A DNA stretch of 64,000 nt. Source: Mizuhopecten yessoensis. Lineage: Eukaryota. The stretch covers positions 4,756 through 68,755 of the forward strand of contig NW_018404823.1 of the NCBI RefSeq assembly GCF_002113885.1, read 5' to 3'. Every line of letters starts with the position of its first letter. The first letter of the stretch is position 1. Below the pieces are notes generated by a model, which had not been told where the DNA came from, ran no database searches, and worked only from the letters and a program-made list of their open reading frames with translations. Below are positions 11,611 to 25,376 of the stretch, in pieces. A program made the translations under genes and the position numbers.

Positions 11611-11967
11611 ATAATTAAGGATTAACTTTAATATATTTTTTCTTGTTATGGAGCTATAACACAAAAAAACGGAGTGTACTCTAAAAAAACCGCGAAGCGG
11701 TTTATGATGAGAGTACACTCCAGTTTTTCGTGTTATAGCTCTATAACATGAAACATATATTCAAGTTAATCCTTATAATTTAATCTACTATCCCTGTGGA
11801 AATCCACTTTTATTGATGGACTTTTTTCTCTTAGAAATTATTGCGCTGCTGTATCAGCCAATCAAAAGCGACGTTACAAACGGCGACGTCATTTTTTTTA
11901 CGTTATGGGCTGATACCATAAAAAAGTAAGCCAATGAAAATGTTTGTTACAAGCAAGATTAAATTAT
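11611..11967. mobile_element. Non-autonomous double-hairpin element (possibly Crypton/tyrosine-recombinase type)
   Basis: Inverted arms of about 80 bp (11616-11775) close on CCGCGAAGCGG. A second domain is bounded by a perfect 12-bp inverted repeat ATAATTTAATCT (11775-11786) / AGATTAAATTAT (11956-11967). No TSD seen. The superfamily is inference. Confidence 0.7.
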
Positions 11968-12361
11968 CGTTTCATATTTTCTCTTTTTAAACCCATATAA
12001 ATACATTTTATTTAGTATTACGACCAATACAAAAAACAAAGCAATAATTCACAAAAATATTTATTTTTTCTTGAACACATGACTCATTATCATAGATAAA
12101 GTGAAGAGTTTTATTTTTCAATTTGAGACGGCTCGCTGATAGAAGTCATTTGCATGACAATGTGAAAAACTGACGCTAATGACATCTACGGTAACGATGA
12201 TACTTCCGGTTTAATGACTTAAAGTATCAAGATATGTACAACACTTAATAAGCAATGCAGGACCCAAATTCACATGCGTTTCATTTCCTTAACTTAAGTA
12301 AGGTATTCCAATGTCGTTAATGAATTTATTTAACTTAAGGAACCTTGTGCTGACTACTTTG

Positions 12362-12719
12362 CATCCTCGATATCCAGGGGTTACGCTTAGTTTCGCTCTC
12401 TACACCTCTGGAATATGTCATGGCGAAATTGAAGACACGAAGATAGCTGTTTGATTGGTCCTAGGTAAAAAAAACTTACCAATCGCTAGGCTGATACCTG
12501 TCCTTTGCAAATTACAAAGGAGAGACGCTCGACTTCAAAGCCTGTCAATTTTACCGGTACGTGATCGCGAGATTCTTTTGATGTACATCAAAGGATCGAA
12601 CTAGTCTTCTTGTCTCATCAACAAGGTGGCGCACACCGAGCCTTCAATTTTGCCATGACATACTGTATGCCAGGGGTGTAGAGAGCAAACGTGAGCGTAA
12701 ACCATGGATATCGAGGATG
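12362..12719. mobile_element. MITE with about 70-bp TIRs and 9-bp TSD (MULE-like by TSD length), copy 1
   Basis: TIR CATCCTCGATATCCAGGGGTTACGCT...; perfect TSD ACTACTTTG at 12353-12361 and 12720-12728. Confidence 0.92.
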
Positions 12720-14717
12720 ACTACTTTGTTAACTATACATTGGTTATATAAAATTTTGCTGAAGGGCATCATATGCCCCCCTTCCCCATCCGAAAATAAA
12801 TAAATAAATAAAAAGATAAACAAACATAAATTTGGAATAAAGAAACCCCGGTACCATTGCTTGCAATGGAACATATTGATCATTTGAATAGTAAATGAAC
12901 ATGGTATCTATGGAATGTTAAAGGGATGCAAACGATATCAGAATACCTCGTTAGTCAGGATTTTTTTGTTTCTCTATGGGAAAAATATGTCGATGGGCAT
13001 ACTATGGGATCACTACACCTCGCTACTTTGGGACGGCTGGGGTATATATTGGAATCATGGGTTAATTTGCTAAAGGGCTTTCTATGAGACCACTAGATTG
13101 TGCCTTGGACATTTTATGATGTTCTCAGTCACACCAAGGGACATATTGGACTTACTATAGGACTTATGGTAGACTGCGGACACGCTGGGCTCACTATATA
13201 GTTGTAACGCTACGTAAACAGAGTAGAATAGGGAGAAAACTGGTATTACCTTTGGGAAACACGGACACACTAAGTCAACACAGACTCACCACAGGGGCAA
13301 TTAAAGCTAGAACATGATATGCGATGAAATCAAATCAAAGAATTTTCCATTTAAACAACATTTTTTTTTCTTTCGCATATAGATTCTCGTTTTCACTTCT
13401 TGCTTGGTGACTATGTTATTTCTTGTGGACCGGATGCTTTACGAATTTTGCCGAACCCAGAATCACATAATGTACGATGTTAGATGGCGTGAATCAATTG
13501 GGTTCATACTAATTATTATATCTTGACATTGACATAGATATATGTTTATTGACGTCGATAAATACACAACCATTCATTTGTAGTATACAAATATAAAATT
13601 TAGCACACCATCATACACATATATTTTTCTCGCATGTCATCAAAAAAGTAAGTTTTTGTGTAAACATGAATAGGTCTACCCATTAAAGAGAGGAACACGC
13701 TCGCATCCATGCAAAGATATGTCAGTATGTTGTACGCAAAACGAAAAGAACATGTATGCCTACAACATACTTACAAACATATGACATAACTACGTCAAAC
13801 TATACGTCAAATTAGAGAAACTCATACCTTCCCCAATATAGACACACACACATGACTACTGCATTACATGGATATAAACATGTACAATACGACCCTTAAA
13901 TCGAAACCATGAGTGTGAGACAGTCGTTTTCTGTCACACTTCTCATGTGCATTCGCATTCTTGCTAAGGAAAAGATAAACCTGTCTTTACTTTCTTTGAA
14001 AACTTGAGGGTAAGATGTTTGAAGTTTTAAGCACGAGGGTTTGCCGATAGCTTAACTTCAGAAATCTTTTCCTGAGGGTTATACAATATTTCTGTACGCA
14101 TCACACAGGAGTGACTGATTTTTTTTCCCGGAATGTCATAAATATAAGTTTTAACACTGAACCAAATACATAGCGCCATTAGATGTGTGACAAAATTGAT
14201 GACGTGACCCTGGTAACGCTGCATTAAGTGATGGCGCAGTATTCAGAATAATAGCAGAAGTCAAATGTCTTTCCCATGTAGTTACAGACAGGTTTGTCTT
14301 TTTCCTTGCAATTGTGGGAATGCACTTGTGAAGTTTGTAAGAAAAACGTCTTTCCAAGATAGAAAGTCATTTAAGTTAAATCACGATGGAAAAAAACCCC
14401 AAAAAAACTCGACAAGTCAATTTTTCTGTAAACTCTGTACCTTCGGATGGGATATATCTGTCTTACATATATACATATGACAAAGTCATATACTTTACTA
14501 TTCAGAGATCGATCAATTTACCACTTAAGAGGGATATACACGACTCCCTATAAAGAGGCTACAGACATGTCGAGTTACACGTATGTAACCATACACATAA
14601 ACACCTCTTCCACACACACACATGCCATTATACATATGGTACACATACATCTCATACCAGTGACACCTGTCTACTAACACACATAACAGACATATCCACC
14701 TCCAACAGAACCACACA

Positions 14718-14875
14718 GGTCTTCAATGAAAGACCGATAATGTAAAAAGCCATTAAACTAACACGTTCGCATTTAACCCTTTACTTCCACGTGTTAAATA
14801 CGAACGGTTGTTAAATTAATGACGCAAACGGTTATAAATTCGTAACAAGCTGGTGCGAACTCGTTAAAGAAGACC
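14718..14875. repeat. Decayed palindromic element
   Basis: Ends GGTCTTC...GAAGACC, with internal inverted arms CATTAAACTAACACGTTCGCATTTAAC / GTTAAATACGAACGGTTGTTAAATTAATG. Confidence 0.45.
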
Positions 14876-16960
14876 TTTACAAGGTTTCATGTAACCATGT
14901 CGGTTTATCTCGTTGTTGACATTAACGGACTTTCATAGTCTGCTACAGACATACAAAACACAGATCTAACCCGAACCTTTAGATAGACATATGTGTATCT
15001 ACAAAAATGTAATTATAAAAGGGACATATGTCTAAATTTCATGTAGACATACTTACATACGATTCCACATATACATACACCTCATACAGAAAACAACGTG
15101 TACCTGATGCACCACACATATTCAGTCACACAGTTTCTTGAGAATAAGGAGCGTACATAGTTCTTTAAAGATTGTCATAAAGTCGTATACATGTGAATCG
15201 CTTGTCCATGCTGATATGTACATAAGAATGCACCATTTGTGTCATTATGTCAAAGAATCAAATATCTGAGTACACAATGAGTTCAGGTTTCAACAGTTAA
15301 GACAAGATCTTCAAGTGCGACAGAAAGGTTTCACTTAGGAGCGTAAATAATTCTTTTCAATGGCATTTTCCCCTCCATGAATGCATCCTCTTCAAGTTCA
15401 AGTTCATTGTTCTCCTTTAGCCTTGCGACTGTAATGACACTGTACCTGTTTTTTCTTTTGTGATCATTCTTTCTATCCTCTTTTACTTCTTGTCATATTT
15501 AGATAAACATACGGTATACATACACATATATATTAGTCCAACCAAGATTCATGGCAGATGATTTAGTGCATTTCCTTCCGAGAGTGACGAGAGTCCTTGG
15601 TAGAAACAAGGTAACATTGTTAGGAGACGACAAACAACAAGGAGGTATGGCTATATCGTCATCAACTTGTTTTGTCGCCATGTTCATCAACAATCTGACT
15701 CTAAATCGCTCATATGCGCGCGACCAAACTTCGTTATGATGCTGTATTATCAGTGAGATATTTCAAATACCATGTTTTCATAGAAGTATTGTTGTCGTGG
15801 TTCCAGCGACCAAACGACCGTATCATGTAGTTGCTGTTTATGTTGTTTGACCCAGTATTCATTGCTCATGACGAATAATTCAAGAAGATGATAACTTCGG
15901 TTTTGTCAATGCGCTAGGACGGTTGAACCAAGCGACTCGGTAAACTTAGTTCACATCATTCTTTTCAACGGATTATTGTATCAAACTTAGATTATGATTA
16001 AAATGCTAATATTTCAGAAGGTATTCTATTACACGAAATATTACCCATTCGTGAAATATCCAATTTAATTTCCTTGTCAGAACTACTGGTTAGACAGTAG
16101 ATTTCAGCTCCTGAACTGCCCAATGTCAGCTACCGACGTTATCGGCTGTATCCACATGCCATCCACGTGGATAACTTGTCCTGGTTTGGATTTCTAATAT
16201 AAGTTTTCCTTGCATGTATAAATATAATTCCTCGTGATTAAAGGTTGGTAAGCAAACTTCGTGCCAGACAATAGTCACACATTAAGTGAAAGATAGTATA
16301 TGTTCCTTAACAGAATTACAATTGCTATTTTGTCTTATCTGCTTCGAGTATTTGCTCAAGTTTTTGATATTCCTGCTAACGATTTCGGGAGCAAGGTGCC
16401 AATACTCAGAATACCACTGATTCGAGTTATCACCCATTGTTCATAAACAACATTGACAAGAGCAGACGAGTAGTCTCCCTTTGGTCTACAGCACGGGCAT
16501 ATCTATTTATTTTACGCAAAGAACGACCATAGTTTGTGCGTGACTTATTAACGTGTTTCAGACCAGGACAGAGGGCTGATACATCACACATTATGTTTGC
16601 ATCAACTAGTTTTTATCGCCATTAGACTATGCTTTTCAGGAGTCGTTTGTGATTGGTATATAAAGCGTTAGAGTAACTAGACCTGCTACCATAAACATGC
16701 TTGTCGTCATTAAGTTTTCTTTAAATATGGTTCAAACATTACCACTTGTTTTATTCCACCTCCGTCCCCCTGTCCGCATGTGTTTGGCGAGGTGTAACGG
16801 AGAGGGTTATTCCTTGTCTATGACCTTATGCACGTGATCTGTAAAGCGGAGTCCATTGAATTTGCTGTTACTTTAAATTTAAACCCTTGACAACAGAACC
16901 GAGGACCATACGTCATAGCTGTCTTGTTTGTTGTAAAGACGACGTCCCCTTGGTTGGCAC

Positions 16961-17436
16961 ATTTGGTAACCTGGTGGTTTGACTGAAAAATAACAAGAAC
17001 AAACCAGTTAGTTACCTAGAGGCTTGATCATAAAACATAAATAGAACAGTTGGTTACCTAGTGGCTTGATAATAAAACATCAATAGAACAGTTGGTTACC
17101 TAGTGGCTTGATCATAAAACATAAATAGATCAGTTGGTTACCCAGTGGCTCGAGCATAAAACAGAAAAAACCAGTTGGTAACCTAGTGGCTTGATTGTAA
17201 AAAGATAAATAAAACAATTGGTTACCAGGTGGCTTGATTGTAAAACATAAATAAAACAGTTGGTTACCAGGTGGCTTGATTGTAAAACATGCGTAAAACA
17301 GTTGGTTACCAGGTGGCTTGATTGTAAAACATAAATAAAACAATTGGTTACCCGGTGGCTTGATTGAAAAACATAATTACAGTAATTAGTTACCAGGCGC
17401 TTTGACTTCAAAACAAAATATTTTAGTTGGTTACTG
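16961..17436. repeat. 42-bp minisatellite, about 11 copies
   Basis: Unit AAACAGTTGGTTACCAGGTGGCTTGATTGTAAAACATAAATA; period 42 (17041 to 17083). No unique spacers. Confidence 0.95.
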
Positions 17437-18384
17437 CATTATTCGACAGACCCGATACTATTTGATTGAATTAATGAAAAAAAATATCAAAACAATAACA
17501 AGGTCAAACAACACATCAAAACAAAGTTAGCTTCCTCTAAGTGGTTAGACTGCCTACCACTGACAGTTGTTTGTTAGAGTCCGGTCATGCTTTCTCAGCA
17601 CTGATATGCCAGAATTGTTATATTATACTCTGTGCAGAGCTATATGTACTAAACACCAACCGATTCCATATTCCAGACCAAATGTAACAAGTCGTTGTAT
17701 CGATGTTTTATCACTGTGTTATATATGTTACCTGTATTGGGTTGAGAGCTGTTAGAAGTTTGTATCAAATTATTTTGTGCATGTGTTACAGAACAAAGAA
17801 CTATTCGATTACCAATGGTTACATGTAATAGTACACGCACACAAAAGGAACAAAATATCATGACCATATGCTCATAAAATGCTTTCCACAAGACGACGAT
17901 GCTAGCACAAAAGGAACATACGACTATTTGCTTAACGTCAGCTTTCCTCAAGACGGAGGTACTAGTAAGATTACTTTCACAAATGATAGTCCCGGTATTT
18001 CTATAAAATATCAGTAAACTGTCGCAATATGCCTTGTGAGATGAGATGACAGCCTTCGGTTGGTGAATTTAAAGACATCTTAGATTTATATCATTGGTAT
18101 ATTAGGGCTAAATTGTTGTGACGTTACGACTAACACAGGTGGATACTATTACTGTGCTTCTCCTTCTTAAATGGGATTCAAGGACAGTAAGGGAGCGTAT
18201 ATAACATTAAAAAATATCTGAAGAAGGATAAGTCTATACTGCAGTTATCAGCTCCATGTAACTTTCCCTAATGTGATAACTGACAGACAGGACTTATGTC
18301 AGGCTTGTCTTTACCACGTTAGGGAGTGTGAGCGAAGGCATTACTTAAAATCATCAACGATACATTTCGAAAATTAAAGGATTC

Positions 18385-18973
18385 CATTCTCGATATGAAC
18401 ATCTTCTCTCGGAATATTACGTAACAAACCTTTTGTTTGCGAAAAAAATAATGTTTGCAGATGTTACCAGACCAGTAGACTAATTTGATCCTTTGGTGTA
18501 CATCAAAAGAGTTACACAGCAGCAAATGGTAAATTGACCGTGTTTCAAGTCGAATGTCGCTTCTCTTTAATCTTCAAAGGACATGCAGCAACCTAGCAAT
18601 TGGTCAGGTTTTAAAAATAAAATGAAACCAATCAAGTAGCAAACGGCATGCCTTCGATTTTTGTCATGACATGTTCCAGGGATGCAGAGAAGATACATGT
18701 ATCAAGAGCGGAACATTTTCAAAGATGCAACAATTCTGATCGACACTAACATCGGTTTACAGCATTAACGAGGTAACTTAGCTCTTTATATTTGGCACAA
18801 ACAGCTCTCACATAGCAACTTCATTTGTACGAACTTTCCCATATCTCTGTTTTCATAGCAAACTTGAAGGCACGAAGATAGCTGTTTGATTGGTCCCAGC
18901 CTTCGATTTTGCTATGACATATTCAAGGAGTGTAGAGAGCGAAAGTGAACGTAACCCCTGGATATCGAGGATG
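18385..18973. mobile_element. Rearranged and decayed pieces of the 9-bp-TSD MITE family
   Basis: Inverted internal region at 18470-18692 (GATCCTTTGGTGTACATCAAAAGA) and an intact right TIR ending GGATATCGAGGATG at 18973. Confidence 0.8.
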
Positions 18974-19399
18974 CGGATATATATAAGGTCGCTGGAAATG
19001 AAAATGATCTAATGGTTGATCCCAACGTGCATGTAAAGTGAAACAACGCATTATACGAAAACAGTGGTGTCTTTCATGCAACTTGGGGGATAATTATGAA
19101 TATTTCCAATGCATAGAAACATTAATTGTCAGATCTTACATCGTTATCACACAGAGCAATGCCTTAAAGCGACGTCAACATCCAATTATATTTTTCGAAA
19201 TAGTGTTAGACTCTTAGCAGAGCGTGCTTAGAATGGTTTTGCGTGTTAAAGTTTATATAATAAATCACTTCAATTTCGTGTGTACTTTATTATTCACGTA
19301 ATGCCAGATAACTGTATCACAAACACGTGAATTTGAGTTTGAGTGGAAGATTTTGTAATATTTACAGTAAATTAGTCAAATATGTTAAAAAGCGAATGT

Positions 19400-20340
19400 G
19401 TTTTCTCGCGAACTAACACATACATTAATATCTACGGAATCAAAATAATTTTCCAAGAAAGGCTAACGGCGATTTCAATACATGATTGTAAACATATGAA
19501 GTATATATGTATTTTTGTGTGTGTGAAATACACAACAAAAGCTTAAACAAAATATTCTGAGGATCAAATAATAATGATAGTGACTGGCTGGAAATATCTT
19601 TGTTTAGTTCGGTGACAAAATTTCCCAGCAGACTGTAGGTGTTCTTATGGGGCAAAAGTGTGCCCTTCCTCTGTCCGACTTGTTTTTTGTTTTATATGAG
19701 GCTGAAATCTACAAAGACCTTATCATGACTGGTGACAAAACATATCGCCATATCCTTCAATTTTACACTCAGATATATTGACGATGTGCTTTATTTGGCT
19801 GTGAGATATGTATTGACCATGTCGATTTCCACAGTTTGATATCAGGTTCAGTACAGACTCGTTCATGACCAACAGGACAACTTGCTACTAAACTGTACGA
19901 TGGATGGGGCCATTTCAATTTTCCTATCGTGGATTTTCCCTTTCTTGATGGTAACATTATAGCTTCCCTTGCCTACATATTTTACCATGTCGCAGTCGAG
20001 TCGATATTTAATAGATTGTTCCAAATACCACGATTTTTGCAACACCTATCGACTGCTGACGACAAAAATAAAGGGTTTTAAAGATACTTTTTGATTTAGG
20101 CTATAGAAAAGTACCTCCATCATGATCTAATTTGGGAAAATGTCATTCTTTGTGTGATATGAAGGTCGATGTTTTGATTAGGTTTACCAGTGTTCCTTGC
20201 TGTGTCACTGTCACTTCCCCGGCTTTACTAGTAGGACATGATGCTTCTTTGACACCTGGTCTTACTTTCTGTGTACTTATACAAGGATCTCATGTAAAAT
20301 TTGTCTTTGTTCATATTTTTACCTTTTCTGGTATTTTGAC
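19400..20340 (+). mobile_element. Decayed Penelope-like element RT (Naiad/Chlamys-like)
   Basis: Frameshifted relics of KYSEDQII, NIFV.FGDKI.QQTVG, MG..CA..L.DLF..YEAE, SFNFT.RYIDDVL, TKLYD, FNFPIVDFPFLDGNI and SQ..RY...CSKY.DF. The ORF appears to end after RT with no C-terminal GIY-YIG, consistent with the N-terminal-endonuclease clade. Confidence 0.8.
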
Positions 20341-22366
20341 ATTTCGATATTCTTTTGCTTTGTTAGACACTTGGCGTTAATTTTGGATCAACATTAAGGA
20401 CGGTTAAAACATGACATTTAAGTAATCCAACGCAACCCTAATACCACATGCTAACTTTTCAGCTAATTATGACCGATGGCATTTACAAGTTTTGCCATAG
20501 TCAGCAAAACACCAGGCTTTACGCTTGGTAATTTTCAAAATAACTGCCATTCCCAACAACGTTTAACGTACAGATGATTATGTTAGAATGTGACCGGGCA
20601 CTCCAGGAGGATTAATTGACCATATCAAGCGACACCGTCTCACGATTTTTACATTTAATACGGGGGGGAATCAAAGCCTAGCAAATGTGGGACATTAGTG
20701 TTACAAACGAAGACAGTTTAGTGGAAGGTTAACTTATTATGTGTTAAGGCAGGCATCATGCTAAAGTACGCACTTTGACGCTCAGTTGAAATCTTGCTTT
20801 AAAACGGAACAAAGCTGCTAGTGATGATTAACACAATCTATATTTAGTTGGTGTAGAAAATGGGTAGTAGCTACTGATGAAAGAAATGTCAAGGTCCTGA
20901 GACCAGCGTCCCTAAAAGGTCAATTAAATTATAGCCATCGGTTTTTTTTGTGTTTCTACGACGCTAAGATCATATGACGAAGGTGCCAACGGGCGAAACT
21001 GCCACTGAATATGAATATTGTGCAACGCCATAAGAACGATTATGTTACAAACATCAGGACGCTCCACCAGCGTGGGATACAGCAGGTAAATACCTTTACA
21101 ATGTTCCCAAACCTCCTTGGGGCACCAAGAATACTGGAAGAAGAAATAGATAAGAAAGCAGGTACCAAAAGTAGGTTGGTACATTTAGGACTAGTACAAT
21201 ATAATTTCCTTCATTCATTACCTCGCGCACTTATCACAACTTCTCGAACGCTCGACACAACATCTCAAACAAAACTTCTTTATCAGAAAAAAAACTTGGA
21301 TTAAGAAATACATATGAAACTGGGGCCGTTTATCTTATTTAATAATTGATAAAATCTGCTCTGCATTCGGAATCGTAATGAATCATCGACAAAATAGATT
21401 AAATATGATTACTTTGTGCTTCGATTTTCATTGACCGAGAAGCAAAACCATCGAAAACGAGTTAAACTGGTAGAAATACAGCTATTGCCTGTGCGTGCGG
21501 GAACTTAAGAATAGTCATGTCTGAGAAACGGATCAGAAAACATTTTCTCTAAAAATCATGAAGACATACTAATATGATGTTGGTATACTGTGATTGCTCA
21601 AGCCATCAAACATTACCATTAAGCCTATATCAGCCAACGCTTATTTGGCTCTAAAAAGTGTCAAGGCATTCGGCGTCTGTTCTCATGAAGACAATTGACT
21701 CTGCTTTTGATATTCTTGTAATGCGTTTTATAATCCTTGCTCCCGCAACAGTAACATATAGTTATTGTCTGGTAAATTCTCAGATCGTTTAACAGATATG
21801 TCGATTTGTTAGGGACAAATTTGCAATGATTATTTTAGTATTTGATTGTAGTAAAAGTACACTATGTAATTTTCCAATACAGTGACACAAATTAACTTTT
21901 CCCGTTTTGACGGTTAACAGTGAAAGATGCACGTGTCATATATATTTTTGCTGGAATAGATTTCCATCTTGTCGCCAAAACCAATAATATGTCATATCAA
22001 TATTATTGTTTTGGAAGCATTCATTTTTTGAAATAGCTGTTTTCCAATCTTCTTTATCTCTTACATGACACGTTCTATTTCTCTTTGTCTTAAAATCAAT
22101 ATATGTTATAGTGTTTTTCTTTGCTGCATTTCTCATTTTCTCGAACAGCTATACGTTACAGTGTATTTACTGTCTAAGAGTGCAGATCATTATATATTAC
22201 TTTGTGCTGAAATTCTACTATCAGGCACTTATAATGATGAACTAGGAGAAGCTTGATCATGGCAACAGAGACTCTTCCTTCGAACGCAGGATGTTGAAAT
22301 AGATAAATTGCGCAACGGTTTTAGCGAGATGACTTATTTCACTTATAAAAGAAGATGTCAAAAGTG

Positions 22367-22720
22367 CATCCTCGATATCCAAGGGTAACGTTCACTTTCG
22401 CTCTCTACACCCCTGGAATATGTCATAGCAAAATTGACGGCATGCGGCCAAATTTTTGATTTGTGTCAGGTAAAAAAACCCTGACCAATCACTAGGCTAA
22501 TACTTATCCTTTGAAGATTACAAAGGAGCGATGCCCGGCTTCAAAGCCTGTCAATTTTTACCGTTACATGACCGCGCTATTCTTTTGATGTACATCAAAG
22601 GACCAAACTAGTCTTCTCGTCTTATCCACAAGGTGCTACACATTGAGCCTCCGATTTTGCTATTACATATTCCAGGGGTCAGAGACCGAAAGTGAGCGTA
22701 ACCCCTGGATATCGAGGATG
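22367..22720. mobile_element. 9-bp-TSD MITE, copy 2
   Basis: Same TIRs and interior as 12362-12719. TSD TCAAAAGTG / TCAATAGTG (1 mismatch). Confidence 0.92.
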
Positions 22721-23479
22721 TCAATAGTGAAGCAATAAGTGAGGTTTTTAATTGAGGCATACTCAAGTAAATTATATTTTGCGAAAATAAGCTGATTAAC
22801 ATTATTTGAGCCAGGTGCTATGATTAACAATATCTAAGCCATGTGTTATGATTAAAACCTTTTTAAGAAGTGTCACTGTATTACGAATATTATCAAAAAA
22901 TAGCAAGAGAATTCTGCTAAAAATGTTTCTTGTGACCTTTTGAAACTAGCGTTGGGATTTCGTTAAATTACTGATAATATGACAAAACATCAACTCGTTA
23001 AGCTTGTTCGTACGCAAAGTCATAAACCGACTGTAACTTTGCATTTTATGAAAGTTGAATTCCCCAACAAGGAGTAATATATAATTGATATTGTCATAAT
23101 TCAAGGATTTGTTCTGAATAACTAGATTTCATTGATAAATGGCGGCTTACAACACAAGGTTTCGTTAGAAGCAATTTAATGACGACTATAAACAGGTTTC
23201 ATGGTCACAATCATGAACCTTGTGAGGTATGGAGGTCAATGTTTTTATTTTGCTTATTGAGTTGCCACTTCTTAGGTTTCAGCTTTGAGGACATGACCTT
23301 ACATGGCTTTACCGACCTTTATTAATTGGCGAGTGTCGTCGACGAAGCACACGACGTACTAAACTGTTTCTTTTTCGAGGGTGTTCGTGTCAACATTTCT
23401 ATTGTTCATGTTGTGTTCTAGTTTCAATGATTTTGAGTGCGAATTATTGTTTACTTTTCTGTTATTGTTTTGGTGGTTG

Positions 23480-23559
23480 TATGTGTGTGGGTGTAAGTGT
23501 GTGTGGGTGTGTGTGAGTGTGGGTGTGTGTGTGTGTGGGTGGGTGTGCGGGGGAGGGGG
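23480..23559. repeat. (GT)n / G-rich microsatellite adjoining a gap
   Basis: Imperfect GT tract running into the N run. Confidence 0.9.
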
Positions 23560-23661
23560 NNNNNNNNNNNNNNNNNNNNNNNNNNNNNNNNNNNNNNNNN
23601 NNNNNNNNNNNNNNNNNNNNNNNNNNNNNNNNNNNNNNNNNNNNNNNNNNNNNNNNNNNNN
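23560..23661. other. Assembly gap (N run)
   Basis: Continuous Ns. Confidence 1.
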
Positions 23662-24285
23662 TGGGGGGGTGGTGGTATATATTGAAAAGAGTTTCAGACG
23701 ATATTATTTAATAGTTCTCAATATTTAATACAGTCCCTCCGTGTTTCATTTTTCATTTATCTGAATCAAAAATACTAATACAACCTGACGGACAAAATTA
23801 ATGCGACAGACAACAATTGCATATCATTTCAACTTTCAATAGAATGGACATGACAGATAACCGTCCAAATTCCTTATTGAATAACCATGCACACTGAGGT
23901 ATAGCATCACGTGAGACTTGACGTGTCCTACCGTCCCATAGAGACGGACGACAGCAGACAATACATACTTATACTGCTAGTATTCCGATTTCACGTACGA
24001 CCTCTTCAGAATCTCCGACCCAATGTAACGACTCAAGAATCAATGGCCTCAGTCCCGTTAACTTATATTAAACCTCTCCGTTACAACTTTCTCATGACAT
24101 GGTATTCACCAGAATATCACACTTATCTCAAAACCCCTTAATATTTGACTTGAAGATATTATAACGATGAGATATTTCCAAATTTTGTATGTTAATTGAA
24201 GTGTTTGGATTTTTATTCTGAAACGATTTGGCGAGTAATACATAATAATGTGTGTCTTGTGTGGATTCCTGTGGTAGATTTGATG

Positions 24286-24456
24286 AATACTCATTAAGTA
24301 GTTCTGTTGACTATTCATAACGTAGTTCTGTTTAAATATTCATTACGTAATGCTGTTAAATATTCATTACGTAGATCTGTTAAAATATTCATTAAGTAGT
24401 CCTGTCGACTATTCATTAAGTATTTCTGTTGAATATTTATTCATTAGGTAGTTTTG
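24286..24456. repeat. 24-bp minisatellite, about 7 copies
   Basis: Unit TATTCATTACGTAGTTCTGTTAAA with variants. Confidence 0.88.
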
Positions 24457-25157
24457 CCTAATAATAGTTCTATGAGAAAAGTGGAACAGATAACAGAGTC
24501 ATGTAATACAGAGGTATCATACAACCAAAGATCACATGCGGTTCTGTAGGTGGGGAGAAGGATCCTACTATAAAGCGTAGCAGAATAAAGCCATATCCTC
24601 TGTGATTTCTGTGTAGGGGACACTGATGAATTTAAAACAGATCTGCTGCCTTGTTGCAATACATTCGACCTTTATATTTCCTTTCCGTTCTATCTACTTA
24701 TTTCAGAGGTTGTCTATTTGGGCACCGGTCTTCATATGATCTTAATGCACGAGAGGACCTTAACCCTTGAAAAAAAACCAGTTAAACATACTAGGTTATT
24801 AATTTATATATACCGAAACATGACATGGTCATCAAGTGGTCTCATAAAGTGTACACTGCGTGTCGAATTGACCAGCATATATGTGTATATGACAAGGATT
24901 GTCTCAAATTTATACATGTTACGCATGTATTAATTAAGTTTGATGATTTATAATGTATTGTAAGCTGCCTGACGTTTATTTCCTCTCGTCAGTGAACATT
25001 CGATATCTAGTTTCGATGTTTCTTAAATCAAAGTGAACGGAGTGTGAATGATATGATAATCAGCCATTCTACATGTAGGTGAAATATGATAATAAACACT
25101 TAGTGTTCGTCATAATCATCATATCTACGTCATAGCGACGTCTTCTGACGTACTTAC

Positions 25158-25376
25158 CGTACAACGGAATACATAGTTGAGAGCGGCATTGATGGGGAAG
25201 GCAGCTACCGACTCTTTCTCATCACAACACAACATGGAGGCACAGGGCATTTTTTCTGGTTTGTCTGACGCATAGCCTAGCGTTCCGTTACAACAGCGTG
25301 GTGCTCTCCTCCCCCCTGGCCCTCGGTCCCCGGACCCCACCTCCTCACGGCCTCGATATCCTCGCTGTTCGTGTGT
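25158..25376 (-). CDS. Probable exon of an unidentified host gene (219 nt; likely contains the start codon)
   Basis: GC-rich island with acceptor CCTTTCTTTGTATTGACAG| and donor ACG|GTAAGT. Open in phase 0 across all 73 codons, ending ...KPEKMPCASMLCCDEKESVAAFPINAALNYVFRCT. Confidence 0.65.

Noticed and set aside
13560-15260. Degenerate C2H2 zinc-finger array in the ACAC/ATAC-rich tract
   Set aside because: No CxxC...HxxxH or TGEKP periodicity in the translations I checked; it is low-complexity DNA.
15499-15725. Minus-strand gene start at AACATGGCG (MATKQVDD...) with an NRF1-like site
   Set aside because: No good splice donor and no recognisable homology; the motifs alone are insufficient.
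16961-17436. CRISPR-like periodicity of the 42-bp array
   Set aside because: Units are contiguous with no unique spacers, there are no cas genes, and the context is eukaryotic.
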